DNA of 64,000 nt from an uncultured Pseudomonadales bacterium (lineage in GTDB: Bacteria > Patescibacteriota > Microgenomatia > UBA1400 > PJMF01), in NCBI GenBank assembly GCA_964491115.1, contig CAZBEW010000003.1, positions 23,026-87,025 on the forward strand, read 5' to 3'. The position numbers and the translations under genes are program-made. Below are positions 1 through 10,141 of this stretch, one piece after another. The first letter of the stretch is position 1. Each line of letters opens with the position of its first letter. The notes beneath the pieces are model-generated. The model did not search any database. It saw only the letters and a program-made list of their open reading frames with translations, and had not been told where the DNA came from.

Positions 1-118
1 GCGTTGTAAGCGATTGTGAATAAAGAAAATTAAGACGAACAATAATAAAAAAATTATTAAATAGTCAAAGATATTTAATTTATTAATAAAAACTTTTATG
101 TCCTGTATAATGCGCCTT

Positions 119-1588
119 ATGAGAGATTTCTTTTTAAACAAAGATTTTCGTTTTTTCATAGTTAATACAATATTTTTATTCAGTTTATTATTGGTAAATT
201 CAAACAAAGTCCTATTATTGCTTGCTTGCGCGTATTTAATCATATTGATTAAAAAAACGCAAAATTATCGCCTGAGCTTGTTTATTATGTTTTTTAACTT
301 TTTACCGCTGATTGTGGGTAGAAATATCATTGAAACTACTTTAATCGATCAAAGGGAAATCGTCGGTTTTTCAATTTTTAGTGTTAAATATTTTTTCCCA
401 ATTTATTTATCTGACTTATTTTTACTGTTAATTTATCAAAACTATTTTTCTGAAAAATTTTTTGCAAAAAATAAGCAAAATATACATAAAAAACAAGCAA
501 GCAATAAAAAACTAGCAATACCCTTTATCAGCTTAAGCTTGTTTTTTTGTCTGGTGCTGATAAGAAGCCTCAATCATGAATTTTCTGATCTATTGTTTTT
601 TGCCTCACTGATTATTGTTAAATACTTGCTCATTTTTTCTTTACCGTTAATACTTAATTTTAAAAAATCCTCAAAACTATTTACTCAATTACTAGCTAGT
701 AGTCTTTTTTTTCACAGCATCATTATTTTCATTGAACAAATAAAAGGCGGAAATATCGGTAGATTTATTGAAAACAGACTGCCTGGATTAGAAATGGGTA
801 CTCTATCCTCCGAGTCAAAAGATTTGCTGAGAGCAGATGGCATTTTTAATGAACCAAATATTAGTGCCATTTTTCTATTAATCAACATTGTGGTTTTGAG
901 CAATATTGCCATTACCCAACAAAATAAAAATAAAAAACTTAGTTATTTTTATTACATTATTATCTTTTTGGCTTTGGTAGCTATCATATTTACAGGTAGT
1001 CGAAGTTTGTATGCTATAACCATCATTTATTTATTCATCTTCTTTTATAAACACAAAAAACAAGCAATAAGATTACTAGAAAAAATCTGGAAAAATCGCC
1101 TGCTTAAAACGCTTATTATCAGCTCATTAATCTTGATTTTGCCCTACTTCCTTAGTCGGATGGATAGTGTTAAAAATGTATTTACTGATACCGGAAGTTT
1201 AACTTACCGATCAGAACTTAACCGAACAGTATTATCAATGTCTTATAAAAAATTACTTGGATTTGGTTTAGATTTGACTCCATATTATTTAGCAAAAAGT
1301 TTAAAGACTGTAGACAGTCTCCCTGTAATTTTTGATCAAGCTCCTGCGCACAATATTCTAGTGCAAATTTTGGCTGAAACCGGCATTTTTGCGTTTATCT
1401 TTTTTATTATTTTTGTTTATTATTCCTTAAAAATTGGCTTTCAAGGAAAAAATAAATATTTTAGTTTAGCTGCGCTTTTTTATTTGTTAGCTGCTCAATT
1501 TCATCCAGTGTTCACCAATCACTATGAATTAACTGCTTTTTTCTTTTTATATTTAGGCTTAGGAATGTATGAAAAAAAATATAAATAA
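119..1588 (+). CDS. O-antigen ligase/polymerase (Wzy_C/WaaL-like) membrane protein
   Basis: About 12 hydrophobic segments; RADGIFNEPN, IFTGSRS and PAHNILVQILAETG motifs typical of the family. ATG at 119 preferred because TATAAT lies at 106-111 (ORF track starts at 98). Confidence 0.85.
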   Translation: MRDFFLNKDFRFFIVNTIFLFSLLLVNSNKVLLLLACAYLIILIKKTQNYRLSLFIMFFNFLPLIVGRNIIETTLIDQREIVGFSIFSVKYFFPIYLSDLFLLLIYQNYFSEKFFAKNKQNIHKKQASNKKLAIPFISLSLFFCLVLIRSLNHEFSDLLFFASLIIVKYLLIFSLPLILNFKKSSKLFTQLLASSLFFHSIIIFIEQIKGGNIGRFIENRLPGLEMGTLSSESKDLLRADGIFNEPNISAIFLLINIVVLSNIAITQQNKNKKLSYFYYIIIFLALVAIIFTGSRSLYAITIIYLFIFFYKHKKQAIRLLEKIWKNRLLKTLIISSLILILPYFLSRMDSVKNVFTDTGSLTYRSELNRTVLSMSYKKLLGFGLDLTPYYLAKSLKTVDSLPVIFDQAPAHNILVQILAETGIFAFIFFIIFVYYSLKIGFQGKNKYFSLAALFYLLAAQFHPVFTNHYELTAFFFLYLGLGMYEKKYK

Positions 1589-4500
1589 AAAAACTAGCCA
1601 GTTATTTTTGTGGCTTGTTATTGTTGTTTTACTTGCCTTAATTTCTGTCACTTACTTATATAAAAAAAGCCAAAATTGGCAATTTTATACAGATAAAAGT
1701 ATTGGGCCAAATAATAAATTCACTATTTTTGATAATTTAATTTTTGACAATAATACAGTTTTTTTTAATAGTCAAAATAATAATACTTATGCCTTAAATA
1801 AAAATAGTGGTCAAATTAGCTGGATATTTAGTGCTGAATACTACAGCCCTTTTCCGCCAACAATTGCTGACGACAAAGTTTTTTTAGCAAATTTTGACGG
1901 CAACATTTATTGTCTCAACGAAAATACTGGCAAAAAAATTTGGCAATTTAGCACAGAAGAACAATATCAGCCTGATACACCAGTATTAAAATCAAGCAAT
2001 CATGACCTACTTTTTGTCGGTTCGAGAAATGGAGCTCTATATGCTTTAAACAGTGTCGATGGCTCATTGATATGGAAAAAACAATTTCAAGAACTCGATG
2101 CTGCTAAAGCTTTTGTTGGAGGGTCAATTCATTTTGGCAGCATTTATCTTGATAATGATGATGTCTATGTTTTTAATGCCGTAGAGAATAAGTTTTTTTC
2201 AATTGCACAATTAGATGGAACAATTAATTGGCAAATAGACAATCTAAGCTTCAGTTATAGATCGCCAATGTTTTATCCCGATCACATCATTATTAAACAA
2301 AATAAATATGCGCTTAGCATTGATAAAAAAACTGGATCAATGCAAAAAATTAATCGCAGTGGTCAAGAAAATGTCGCTTGGGAAATATTTAAAATTGAGG
2401 ACGATAAACAACAGCTATTGATTTTAGATGATCATGCTTTGCAAAAAATTGATATAAATTTTCGTGAAATTGAATGGACCGCAAATAATGTGGATAATGT
2501 TCTTTTTTGGCAAAATAACACAGAATCTCCAAGTGTAAAAACTGCTGGAGAGCAAATTATTGCCCAAACTTTCTCAAGACTAGAAAATCAGAATATTTTA
2601 CTTTTCCTTGATTATCACACTGGCGTCATCACTAAAACACAAAAAGTTGATAACTCGATTAACGATCAATTATACGATGACGACAATATTTTTCTGTCAA
2701 CGGGTACGGGAGCAGTTTATTCGATCAATTCTGCTACTTCAGCAATAAACTGGAAAGTCATAATTGACGGTGAAACAGACTCGCTACATTTAATTAAAAA
2801 TCAGCTGCTTATAATTTCACTGAAACCTAGCGGAAAGATTTCTTTAACATATTTAAATAAAGAAACAGGAGAAAAAAAGTGGACATATACCAGTAATTTT
2901 ATTAGTAATAAAAAAGACATCTATGTCAAAGATCAATCGGTATTTGTTTTTAATCAAGACAATACCCTGCTTAATAAAATTAACATCAGCAATAAAAAGC
3001 CAAAAGATAAAACAATAAAAAAAATAAATTTTGTTTATGATCAAGATCAAAACACTAAAGATCCTTATCTAAAAATTGCAAGAGCAAATAATAAGCTGTG
3101 GCAACTGACAGAAAAAATTTCAGCATTTAAATATCGCCTCAAAAATTTTAAAAATATTTATTCTTTTAATTTTGATCAAGAAATTAAAAATAATGTTTTA
3201 GAAATTTTAATCACTCATGACGAAAATCTTTATCAAAATAAATTTACTGATTTAAAAATTGAAGCAGTTTTAGAAAAAATCGACAAGCAAGACAAAATAA
3301 AGCTTAATGGTTTTTATTATGATCACAACACTTGGAAAATTCGCTTCTCCGCTCCAAGCCCCGGACAATATAAATATCAAATTAATATCAAAAGCCCATT
3401 TACTATCAAAAAGCATTCTGGAATTATCCAATTTGATGTGGGCAAAGAAGAAATTATTGGTACTCAACAAGGGTTATTGCTAATTAATAATAAAACAGTT
3501 TTCTTTCCTTTGGGCATACAGGGTGCCTTTGCAGACTGGAATTATAACGGGAACATGATGGATACAATGAGTAATTCTGCGACCGATAAGCCCGTTTCAG
3601 ATGCAAATGAGTTTTCTTATCTAAATATTGATGATTATCTTGACTTATACCAAACAGAAGCCAAAATAAATATTTTTCGTTATGGAGTTGATCATTGGAC
3701 GATGCCCCTCTGGCACTCAATTGACCCGAAAAACATTATTTTAAGTACCAATGGAGGCAAATTTGGTGACACCCTAATAGAAAAATTAAAAAATAAAGAT
3801 ATAAAAATTATCATGACGATTTTTGGCTTTTATCCTCCCTATCGTTCTTATGAAGAAATTAGCGATAAAAATAATCAACAAGCTCTAAAATTTTATCTAG
3901 ATTACGTGATTGCCCGTTATTCTGCCCACATCGATTTATGGGAATTAAGTAATGAGGCCGAAGCTCATGAACTTTGGTATGAGTTTGTGATAAATTATTT
4001 AAAAGAAAATGATCCCTACCACCATCCAATTAGCACTAACTGGGAAACTGAATCAGCTAAAGATTTAGACTTTTTATCGGTGCATTGGTATAACCCCGAC
4101 ATCACAGATCCTGGTCATTTAGCTAATCAAATGGGATATCTAAATCAGAAATATAATAATCAAGAAAAAGCTGTATTAGTTAGTGAATTTGGTTTCAAAA
4201 ATGTTAGCTATTTTGCTAATTCTGCGGAAAGCATGAGGGTGCTGAGCTGGTTAGGTAGTTTTCAAAATATGGGTTTAATTTTTTGGACTCAAGGTCAAAA
4301 TGGCATCTACAAAAATCTAGATAATGCCAATATTTATTTGGGGCCAACAGAAAGAGTTTATTTGCGCAATCTGCAAGAATTTTTACCAAAAAATTTAGCA
4401 ATACCCGTTGAAAAGGAAATGTTGGTAATTGCAGAATTACACACTCAAGCTTATTTATTAAAAAACCAAGATTACATTTTAGCCTATTTGTTAAAATTAG

Positions 4501-4688
4501 ATGAAAGTCAAGAAAAAAATGCTTGGCTAAATTTAAACTTAAATAATAAGGCCAAATTGGAATGGATCGAACCAAAAACAGGCAAGATTTTAGAAAAAGG
4601 CACCTTGGAAAAGGGTGAGCAAAGCATTCACATTCCAAATTTTGACTTAGATCTTGCCATGAAAATTACTTATTTAGATAATGAATAG
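1569..4688 (+). CDS. Membrane-anchored PQQ-like beta-propeller fused to an Ig-like (DUF5060-like) domain and a clan GH-A (GH5-like) glycoside hydrolase
   Basis: N-terminal TM; repeated YALNxxxGxxxW propeller motifs; WKIRFSAPSPGQYKY (DUF5060-like); WELSNE (acid/base) and LVSEFG (nucleophile); C-terminal EWIEPKTG beta domain. Confidence 0.7.
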   Translation: MKKNINKKTSQLFLWLVIVVLLALISVTYLYKKSQNWQFYTDKSIGPNNKFTIFDNLIFDNNTVFFNSQNNNTYALNKNSGQISWIFSAEYYSPFPPTIADDKVFLANFDGNIYCLNENTGKKIWQFSTEEQYQPDTPVLKSSNHDLLFVGSRNGALYALNSVDGSLIWKKQFQELDAAKAFVGGSIHFGSIYLDNDDVYVFNAVENKFFSIAQLDGTINWQIDNLSFSYRSPMFYPDHIIIKQNKYALSIDKKTGSMQKINRSGQENVAWEIFKIEDDKQQLLILDDHALQKIDINFREIEWTANNVDNVLFWQNNTESPSVKTAGEQIIAQTFSRLENQNILLFLDYHTGVITKTQKVDNSINDQLYDDDNIFLSTGTGAVYSINSATSAINWKVIIDGETDSLHLIKNQLLIISLKPSGKISLTYLNKETGEKKWTYTSNFISNKKDIYVKDQSVFVFNQDNTLLNKINISNKKPKDKTIKKINFVYDQDQNTKDPYLKIARANNKLWQLTEKISAFKYRLKNFKNIYSFNFDQEIKNNVLEILITHDENLYQNKFTDLKIEAVLEKIDKQDKIKLNGFYYDHNTWKIRFSAPSPGQYKYQINIKSPFTIKKHSGIIQFDVGKEEIIGTQQGLLLINNKTVFFPLGIQGAFADWNYNGNMMDTMSNSATDKPVSDANEFSYLNIDDYLDLYQTEAKINIFRYGVDHWTMPLWHSIDPKNIILSTNGGKFGDTLIEKLKNKDIKIIMTIFGFYPPYRSYEEISDKNNQQALKFYLDYVIARYSAHIDLWELSNEAEAHELWYEFVINYLKENDPYHHPISTNWETESAKDLDFLSVHWYNPDITDPGHLANQMGYLNQKYNNQEKAVLVSEFGFKNVSYFANSAESMRVLSWLGSFQNMGLIFWTQGQNGIYKNLDNANIYLGPTERVYLRNLQEFLPKNLAIPVEKEMLVIAELHTQAYLLKNQDYILAYLLKLDESQEKNAWLNLNLNNKAKLEWIEPKTGKILEKGTLEKGEQSIHIPNFDLDLAMKITYLDNE

Positions 4689-4694
4689 TTGTTG

Positions 4695-5810
4695 ATGTTA
4701 AAAAATAAAGTAATCATTATCCCGATTGAAAATGCTTGGGATCATAGCGCTGATTTTTTGCGCCAAACAGCCTTTGTTTTGAGTAAACACAATTTGGTTT
4801 ACATTTATGACCACAACAACCATTATTTTTTTGGCAAAAAAAAGCGGAAAAACGTTTACCCAAATTATAAAAACATCATATTTCATCAAGTTAAATATTA
4901 TTTGCCTTTTGAGAGATTTAAAATCATTGATAAGCTCAATCGCTACTTAAGTTTTAAATTATTTTTAGCAAAACATCGTCGTGCAGATAAAATTTTGTGG
5001 ATTTTTTATCCAAATTATTATGATTTTGCACAAGTAAACAGTCGAAAAATGCTAAAAATTTACGATTGTGTTGACTATAGTGAAGATCAGCAAAAAGAAA
5101 ATATTTTAATTAACAGCGTTGATTATTTTTTTGTTAACTCAAAAGCTTTAAAAAACTTGTACGCAAAAAGGAAACTGAACAAGCAAGCAATTTATATTAG
5201 CGCCCAAGGATTTTTCCAACCAAATGATAAAAAAATAAAATCAGTGCCACTTAAAAAAGGCAAAAGCAAAACTGTAATTGGTTATATTGGTGGCCTTAAT
5301 TGTCGCTTGAACTACCCACTACTTGATCAATTAATCAGCAATCACCCGGAATGGCTATTTGTATTTTATGGCCCAGAACAAAAAAATATTGAAAAAGATA
5401 AAATTTATCATACACAAAAATGGATTAAAAAATTAAAAGAACACAAAAATACTCTTTTTGGCTATAGTAATGATCGATATTTCATTTATGGTCTCATAAA
5501 AAGCTTTGATATAGCAATTATTCCTTATAATCTAGACTTGGTTTTCAATTTATATTGTTATCCAATGAAAATTTTTGAATATTTTTATCTGGGGGTGCCA
5601 GTTGTTACTAGTGCTATTCTTGAATTAAAAGAAAAACGTTTTGACGGGCTGATTAACATTGCCAATGATTATAAAAGTTGGGAAAATAGCATAGAAAAAT
5701 GGTTAGAAAACAAAATGCCTGCCAAAAAACAAAGACGACAGAGAGAGTTGGCAATAAACAATAGTTGGCAAAATAAAATTAAAAAAATAGCTAAGGTGAT
5801 AGATTGTTAA
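4695..5810 (+). CDS. GT-B glycosyltransferase (TuaH/GT4-like)
   Basis: IYDCVD, IGYIGGL, FDIAIIPY and PMKIFEYFYLGVPVV motifs. Confidence 0.85.
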   Translation: MLKNKVIIIPIENAWDHSADFLRQTAFVLSKHNLVYIYDHNNHYFFGKKKRKNVYPNYKNIIFHQVKYYLPFERFKIIDKLNRYLSFKLFLAKHRRADKILWIFYPNYYDFAQVNSRKMLKIYDCVDYSEDQQKENILINSVDYFFVNSKALKNLYAKRKLNKQAIYISAQGFFQPNDKKIKSVPLKKGKSKTVIGYIGGLNCRLNYPLLDQLISNHPEWLFVFYGPEQKNIEKDKIYHTQKWIKKLKEHKNTLFGYSNDRYFIYGLIKSFDIAIIPYNLDLVFNLYCYPMKIFEYFYLGVPVVTSAILELKEKRFDGLINIANDYKSWENSIEKWLENKMPAKKQRRQRELAINNSWQNKIKKIAKVIDC

Positions 5811-6701
5811 TTATTTACTTTTGGGTGATAGCTGAGGAATTGTTAACAGAAAGCGATTTGGGGAGTTGGATTCAAAAGAATCAAGTTTTATATTCGAGAT
5901 AAGCAAATTAGCTTTTGATATATAAGTGTGTAGTGTAAAAAATTCTTGCCATTTCTTTACTATACTTTCAAATTGAAGTGCTAAGCCTAAGTTTAGAATA
6001 AATATACCATTTTTATTGAGCGCGCCTTGAATGTCTTTGATAAATGCTCGATCAACAACTCCTTTATTAAAATTATAGCCATCAAACATATCTATAATTA
6101 TTAGATCGTAAGAACCGTTCACTAATTTCGGAAACTTTAAACCATCACCCTGTATTAAATTTATTTCAGAATCGTCTTTTAAAAAATACTTTTTTGCCCA
6201 TTCAATCATCGTTGGATTATATTCAATGACATCAACTTTTTTACCTATTTTATTTTCAACAAAATAACTAGCTAAAGAACAACCAGCTCCACCTAAAAGC
6301 AATATTTTTTGAGAAGATAAATTAGCGGTTAAATATTTAACTATGTCTAAAAAGAAATATTGCTTAGAATTTTTGTTAAAAAGCGGAGATCTACTACTAA
6401 AACCTGATGTTCCAGGTTGAGAAATTTCTCGAAAACTTTTATTTAAATCTCGTGGATAAATAAAATTACGCACATGATAAATATTTCCATCGATATTGCG
6501 TTTATCTAGTAAAAGAAAAAAACCTTCAGTAAAAATTTGATAAGCAATCCGTGCAAGGTAAAAAATGAGTATTCCAATAAGAATTAAGGCTATTGAGTGA
6601 CTAAAATACAAATCAGCAAATAAAATTAAAGATAAAAGAATACAAAAAAAAGTAAAAAATTCTTTTAAATTTAAACCATTTTTTAAATACATTTGCATCA
6701 A
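5811..6701 (-). CDS. Spermidine synthase-like SAM-binding protein with two N-terminal TM helices
   Basis: LLLGGAGCSLA, VDVIEYNP, QGDG and DLIIIDMF motifs. Confidence 0.7.
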   Translation of the reverse strand: MMQMYLKNGLNLKEFFTFFCILLSLILFADLYFSHSIALILIGILIFYLARIAYQIFTEGFFLLLDKRNIDGNIYHVRNFIYPRDLNKSFREISQPGTSGFSSRSPLFNKNSKQYFFLDIVKYLTANLSSQKILLLGGAGCSLASYFVENKIGKKVDVIEYNPTMIEWAKKYFLKDDSEINLIQGDGLKFPKLVNGSYDLIIIDMFDGYNFNKGVVDRAFIKDIQGALNKNGIFILNLGLALQFESIVKKWQEFFTLHTYISKANLLISNIKLDSFESNSPNRFLLTIPQLSPKSK

Positions 6702-6796
6702 ATTATATCATAAGTATAGGACCTCATTTTCTTTGCTATAATTCTTTGACTTATAAATTTAAGGTAGGTAATTCTATAGAACATAATATTTCTGAT

Positions 6797-7537
6797 ATGA
6801 AATTTTTAAATTATTTTAAAATAATTCTAAGCAAAATTGGATTGAGAGAACTTTTTATCGATTGGGGCTTGATTCATCCAGAATTACAACAAAGCCTTAT
6901 TAAGAGACAAGTTTCTAAAAAATTAATTAAAATTTACGACGGAGATGAGGGTCACGCAGTCAATTTTACTCAATACTCTTTAGGGTTTGGATATATTCAC
7001 TACGCTTTTATTCGCAATATAAAGGCTAAAAACATCCTATGCATCGGTTCTTGTAAAGGTTATATTCCAGCCATATTAGCTTTAGCTTGCAAAGATAATC
7101 AATTCGGAAGCGTTGACTTTGTTGATGCTGCTTACAGTCAATACAATAAAAAAGACAGTAAAAAACATTGGCGTGGTGTTGGCTTCTGGAAAGAAATTAA
7201 TCCAAAAAAACATTTTGCCAAAATTAAAGTAGATCAATATATTGATACTTATGTTATGACTTCGGAAGAATATGCAAAGAAATTTCCCAAGAAAAAATAC
7301 CAATATATTTACATCGACGGCGATCATTCTTATGAAGGAGTAAAGCTCGATTACAAATTATTTTGGCCCAAGCTTGAAAAAAATGGTTTTATGGTTTTTC
7401 ATGATGTGGTAGCTAAGGGATATTTAGATAAAGGCTTGTTTGGTGCTTGGAAATTTTGGCAAGAATTGAAAAATAAAAATAAAATCATTTTTCCTTTTCC
7501 CAAGGAGTCTGGTCTAGGAATTTTACAAAAGGATTAA
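6797..7537 (+). CDS. Class I SAM-dependent methyltransferase (Methyltransf_24-like)
   Basis: IYIDGDHSYEGVKLD and GFMVFHD motifs. Start could instead be TTG 6746. Confidence 0.8.
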   Translation: MKFLNYFKIILSKIGLRELFIDWGLIHPELQQSLIKRQVSKKLIKIYDGDEGHAVNFTQYSLGFGYIHYAFIRNIKAKNILCIGSCKGYIPAILALACKDNQFGSVDFVDAAYSQYNKKDSKKHWRGVGFWKEINPKKHFAKIKVDQYIDTYVMTSEEYAKKFPKKKYQYIYIDGDHSYEGVKLDYKLFWPKLEKNGFMVFHDVVAKGYLDKGLFGAWKFWQELKNKNKIIFPFPKESGLGILQKD

Positions 7538-7543
7538 AACAGC

Positions 7544-8791
7544 ATGTTTGGTGTAAAAACAAAAATACTAAACAAAATAAACAAAAATTTCAAAACTATT
7601 GATACTGATAAATCTATTACAAAAGTTGAGAGTTATATTTTAACGCGTTTGATAAAAAAAGAACTAAAAAAAGAGGCTGATATTAGTGACAATCAACAAG
7701 TAATAATAAAAAAAACTAATAATTTTGCTTCAAAAATCATTAAAAAAACTAGTGATTTTATGCCAAATAACTTGGGTAATTGGTCTATAAAAAACCCTCA
7801 CACACTTAGCGCTAAACTAGAACTAACCGCCATTAGAACAATAAAAAATCTTTTGGGTGCCAACAAAGAAATAATCGGGCACTTTAGTTCAGGAACAACT
7901 GAGGGTAATATTTATGCGACCTGGATAGCCCGCAATTACTTGCAAAAACAACTAAATTTAAAAGAATCACATAAAATTGTGATAATAAAAAGTTGTCTAG
8001 CCCACTATTCTATTGATAAAGCTGCAGACATAGTTGGTCTAAGACTCATAACAACTGGTATTCATCAATCCAAATATAATATTGATTTAAAATATTTAGA
8101 AAAAAATATTGCCTCTTTATATAATCAGGGAATTAGAGGGTTCATTATTCCATTAACTTTGGGTTATACGGTTACTGGCACAGATGATGAATATGTAAAA
8201 ATTGTTGATTTAGTCAAGAAGTTTGAAAAAGAAAAAGTTGATTGTAAATTCTTTTTATGGATTGATGCTGCATATTCTGGAATGCTAAAAGCTTATCTTG
8301 ACGATGATTTTCATCCTTTTGCTCAAAAAAGTATCCAATTAATCAGCACCGATTTACATAAAAGTTTAGCTATTCCTTATCCAGCTGGTATTTTGCTTTA
8401 CAGAAAAGAATTATTAGACTATATCAAAAAAACAATTCCATACATCGATCAATTTGATACTACGCTTTTAGGATCAAGGCCCGGCTCAAGCGTGTTGGCT
8501 AGTTGGTTTACTTTCATTAATCTAAGTAAAAAAGAGATTAGAAATTATTATAATAAGGCAAATGAAAGAAAAAATAACTTTTTAGAAAAGATTGTGAATG
8601 AAAATATTGGAGTACAAATAATTAACAATGCCACTAGTCTTCAGGCCTGCCTGATTAGCTTTAACAAGGCTTCCGATAAGATTTTGAACGATAAATATCA
8701 TTTAAAGAGTATTAACTATAAACTATTGTTTGGACAAAAAATTAAAACTGTTAAGCTATATAAACTATATTTCTTTATGAATCTGAAATAG
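7544..8791 (+). CDS. Group II PLP-dependent amino-acid decarboxylase (MfnA/HDC/serine decarboxylase-like)
   Basis: SGTTEGN, AHYSIDKAA, WIDAAYSG, STDLHK (PLP lysine) and TLLGSRPG motifs. Confidence 0.85.
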   Translation: MFGVKTKILNKINKNFKTIDTDKSITKVESYILTRLIKKELKKEADISDNQQVIIKKTNNFASKIIKKTSDFMPNNLGNWSIKNPHTLSAKLELTAIRTIKNLLGANKEIIGHFSSGTTEGNIYATWIARNYLQKQLNLKESHKIVIIKSCLAHYSIDKAADIVGLRLITTGIHQSKYNIDLKYLEKNIASLYNQGIRGFIIPLTLGYTVTGTDDEYVKIVDLVKKFEKEKVDCKFFLWIDAAYSGMLKAYLDDDFHPFAQKSIQLISTDLHKSLAIPYPAGILLYRKELLDYIKKTIPYIDQFDTTLLGSRPGSSVLASWFTFINLSKKEIRNYYNKANERKNNFLEKIVNENIGVQIINNATSLQACLISFNKASDKILNDKYHLKSINYKLLFGQKIKTVKLYKLYFFMNLK

Positions 8792-8794
8792 TAA

Positions 8795-9799
8795 ATGAAA
8801 AAAAGCCATCAAATAGATCTAAACACCATTAGTGAAAAAGAGTTTAAGAAAAAAATCAAAAAAAGAAGCTTTGAAAATACCAAGCTGATCGATTCTATCG
8901 AAAAGTATTTTATAGAAAAACGGGGCTATGTATTCAAAATGCCAAAACCAGAAGAATCGGTAATATTACTCTATTCTGGTGGTTTAGACTCGACAGTTGC
9001 CTGGTCTTATCTAATAGAAAAATACAAATTACATGTATATCCATTAGTATTTAAAAATAGAAACAGTTTTGGACAAAAAAAATCGATTTTTTATTTTAAA
9101 AAATATTTTAAAAAAAGATATGGTAATTATTATCACGAGCCCTTAGAAATATATAGCAATTTTTTTCCAGCAAAACTTTTCAAGCAAATGGCTGATCTAA
9201 AAAAGATTCATCCTGAAACCCTGTTGAACTACTTAATAGATAATCACAAATCTTTTAAATTTAATAATTTTTTTCCAGGATCAAATGCTTTAACTCCGAT
9301 TTCTGGCGTTATGTATCAAAAATATCTCGAAAACCAATATAATATAAAAATTAAAGCCATTTTTTTAGCAGTGCTGGCTGGAGATGGCACTGAAATTCCA
9401 TCGCAAAGTTTTACCTATTTGCGTAAGACTATGCTCTTTTTAGACGAATTTATTCAGACAGGAAATTTGCAAATTGCTTCAATTTTTTTTGAAAAGGAAA
9501 TAGGCTTGTTTTGTGAAAAAAAAGATATTATTAAACTAGGAGTTAAAACGCTTAAGATCCCCTTAGAAAAAACCTATAGTTGTTATGCAAAAAAATTATT
9601 TCACTGTAATGACTGCCTTGCCTGTTATTCAAGGCGTCTAGAGTTCAAGAAAGCAAATATTGTTGACAAAACTATGTACTATGATAAGCTTTTTATAGTA
9701 AAAAAAGTGGCTAAATTTAAGCATTTAGCGAAGTGTTATTTATTAAAAGGAAAAACTTTATGCAAGCATATCAAGCGCCAAGTTGTGAAAAAATCGTAA
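8795..9799 (+). CDS. QueC-like PP-loop ATP pyrophosphatase (7-cyano-7-deazaguanine synthase family)
   Basis: LLYSGGLDST PP-loop; TYSCY-x6-CNDCLAC Zn site; R-x3-F tail; extra N-terminal segment of about 50 aa. Confidence 0.85.
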   Translation: MKKSHQIDLNTISEKEFKKKIKKRSFENTKLIDSIEKYFIEKRGYVFKMPKPEESVILLYSGGLDSTVAWSYLIEKYKLHVYPLVFKNRNSFGQKKSIFYFKKYFKKRYGNYYHEPLEIYSNFFPAKLFKQMADLKKIHPETLLNYLIDNHKSFKFNNFFPGSNALTPISGVMYQKYLENQYNIKIKAIFLAVLAGDGTEIPSQSFTYLRKTMLFLDEFIQTGNLQIASIFFEKEIGLFCEKKDIIKLGVKTLKIPLEKTYSCYAKKLFHCNDCLACYSRRLEFKKANIVDKTMYYDKLFIVKKVAKFKHLAKCYLLKGKTLCKHIKRQVVKKS

Positions 9800-9871
9800 T
9801 TTCTGTTCTTTGTGGTGAAAATGAGACAATAGAATAGATAATCTTTTTTGCCAGTTTAATAGAGCCATATT

Positions 9872-10141
9872 ATGTTGCTTTATTGTCGTTCTGATTTTAT
9901 CTTCCAAAGAAAAATCGATAACACTCTTTGTTTATTAAAAAACAAAGACAAATATATTTATAGATTAAACGAAACAGCTAGTTTTTTGTGGCAAATACTG
10001 GAAAAAGAAGCCTCAAGTGAAGACCTAAGTCAAGCTTTAAGTAAAAAATACAATATCCCCTTGGCACAAGCATCCAACGATGTAGATAATTTTTTAACTT
10101 ATTGGCTGAAAGAAAAATTAATCAAAAAAGTTGTTCAATAA
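9872..10141 (+). CDS. PqqD-family / RiPP recognition element protein
   Basis: YRLNETASFLWQIL...LSKKYNIP...DVDNFL...LI pattern in an 89-aa protein. Confidence 0.85.
   Translation: MLLYCRSDFIFQRKIDNTLCLLKNKDKYIYRLNETASFLWQILEKEASSEDLSQALSKKYNIPLAQASNDVDNFLTYWLKEKLIKKVVQ

Noticed and set aside
8795-9799. QueC as part of a Dpd, Qat or CBASS defence system
   Set aside because: No TGT/DpdA, TatD/QatA ATPase or CD-NTase is nearby; the neighbours are glycan genes.
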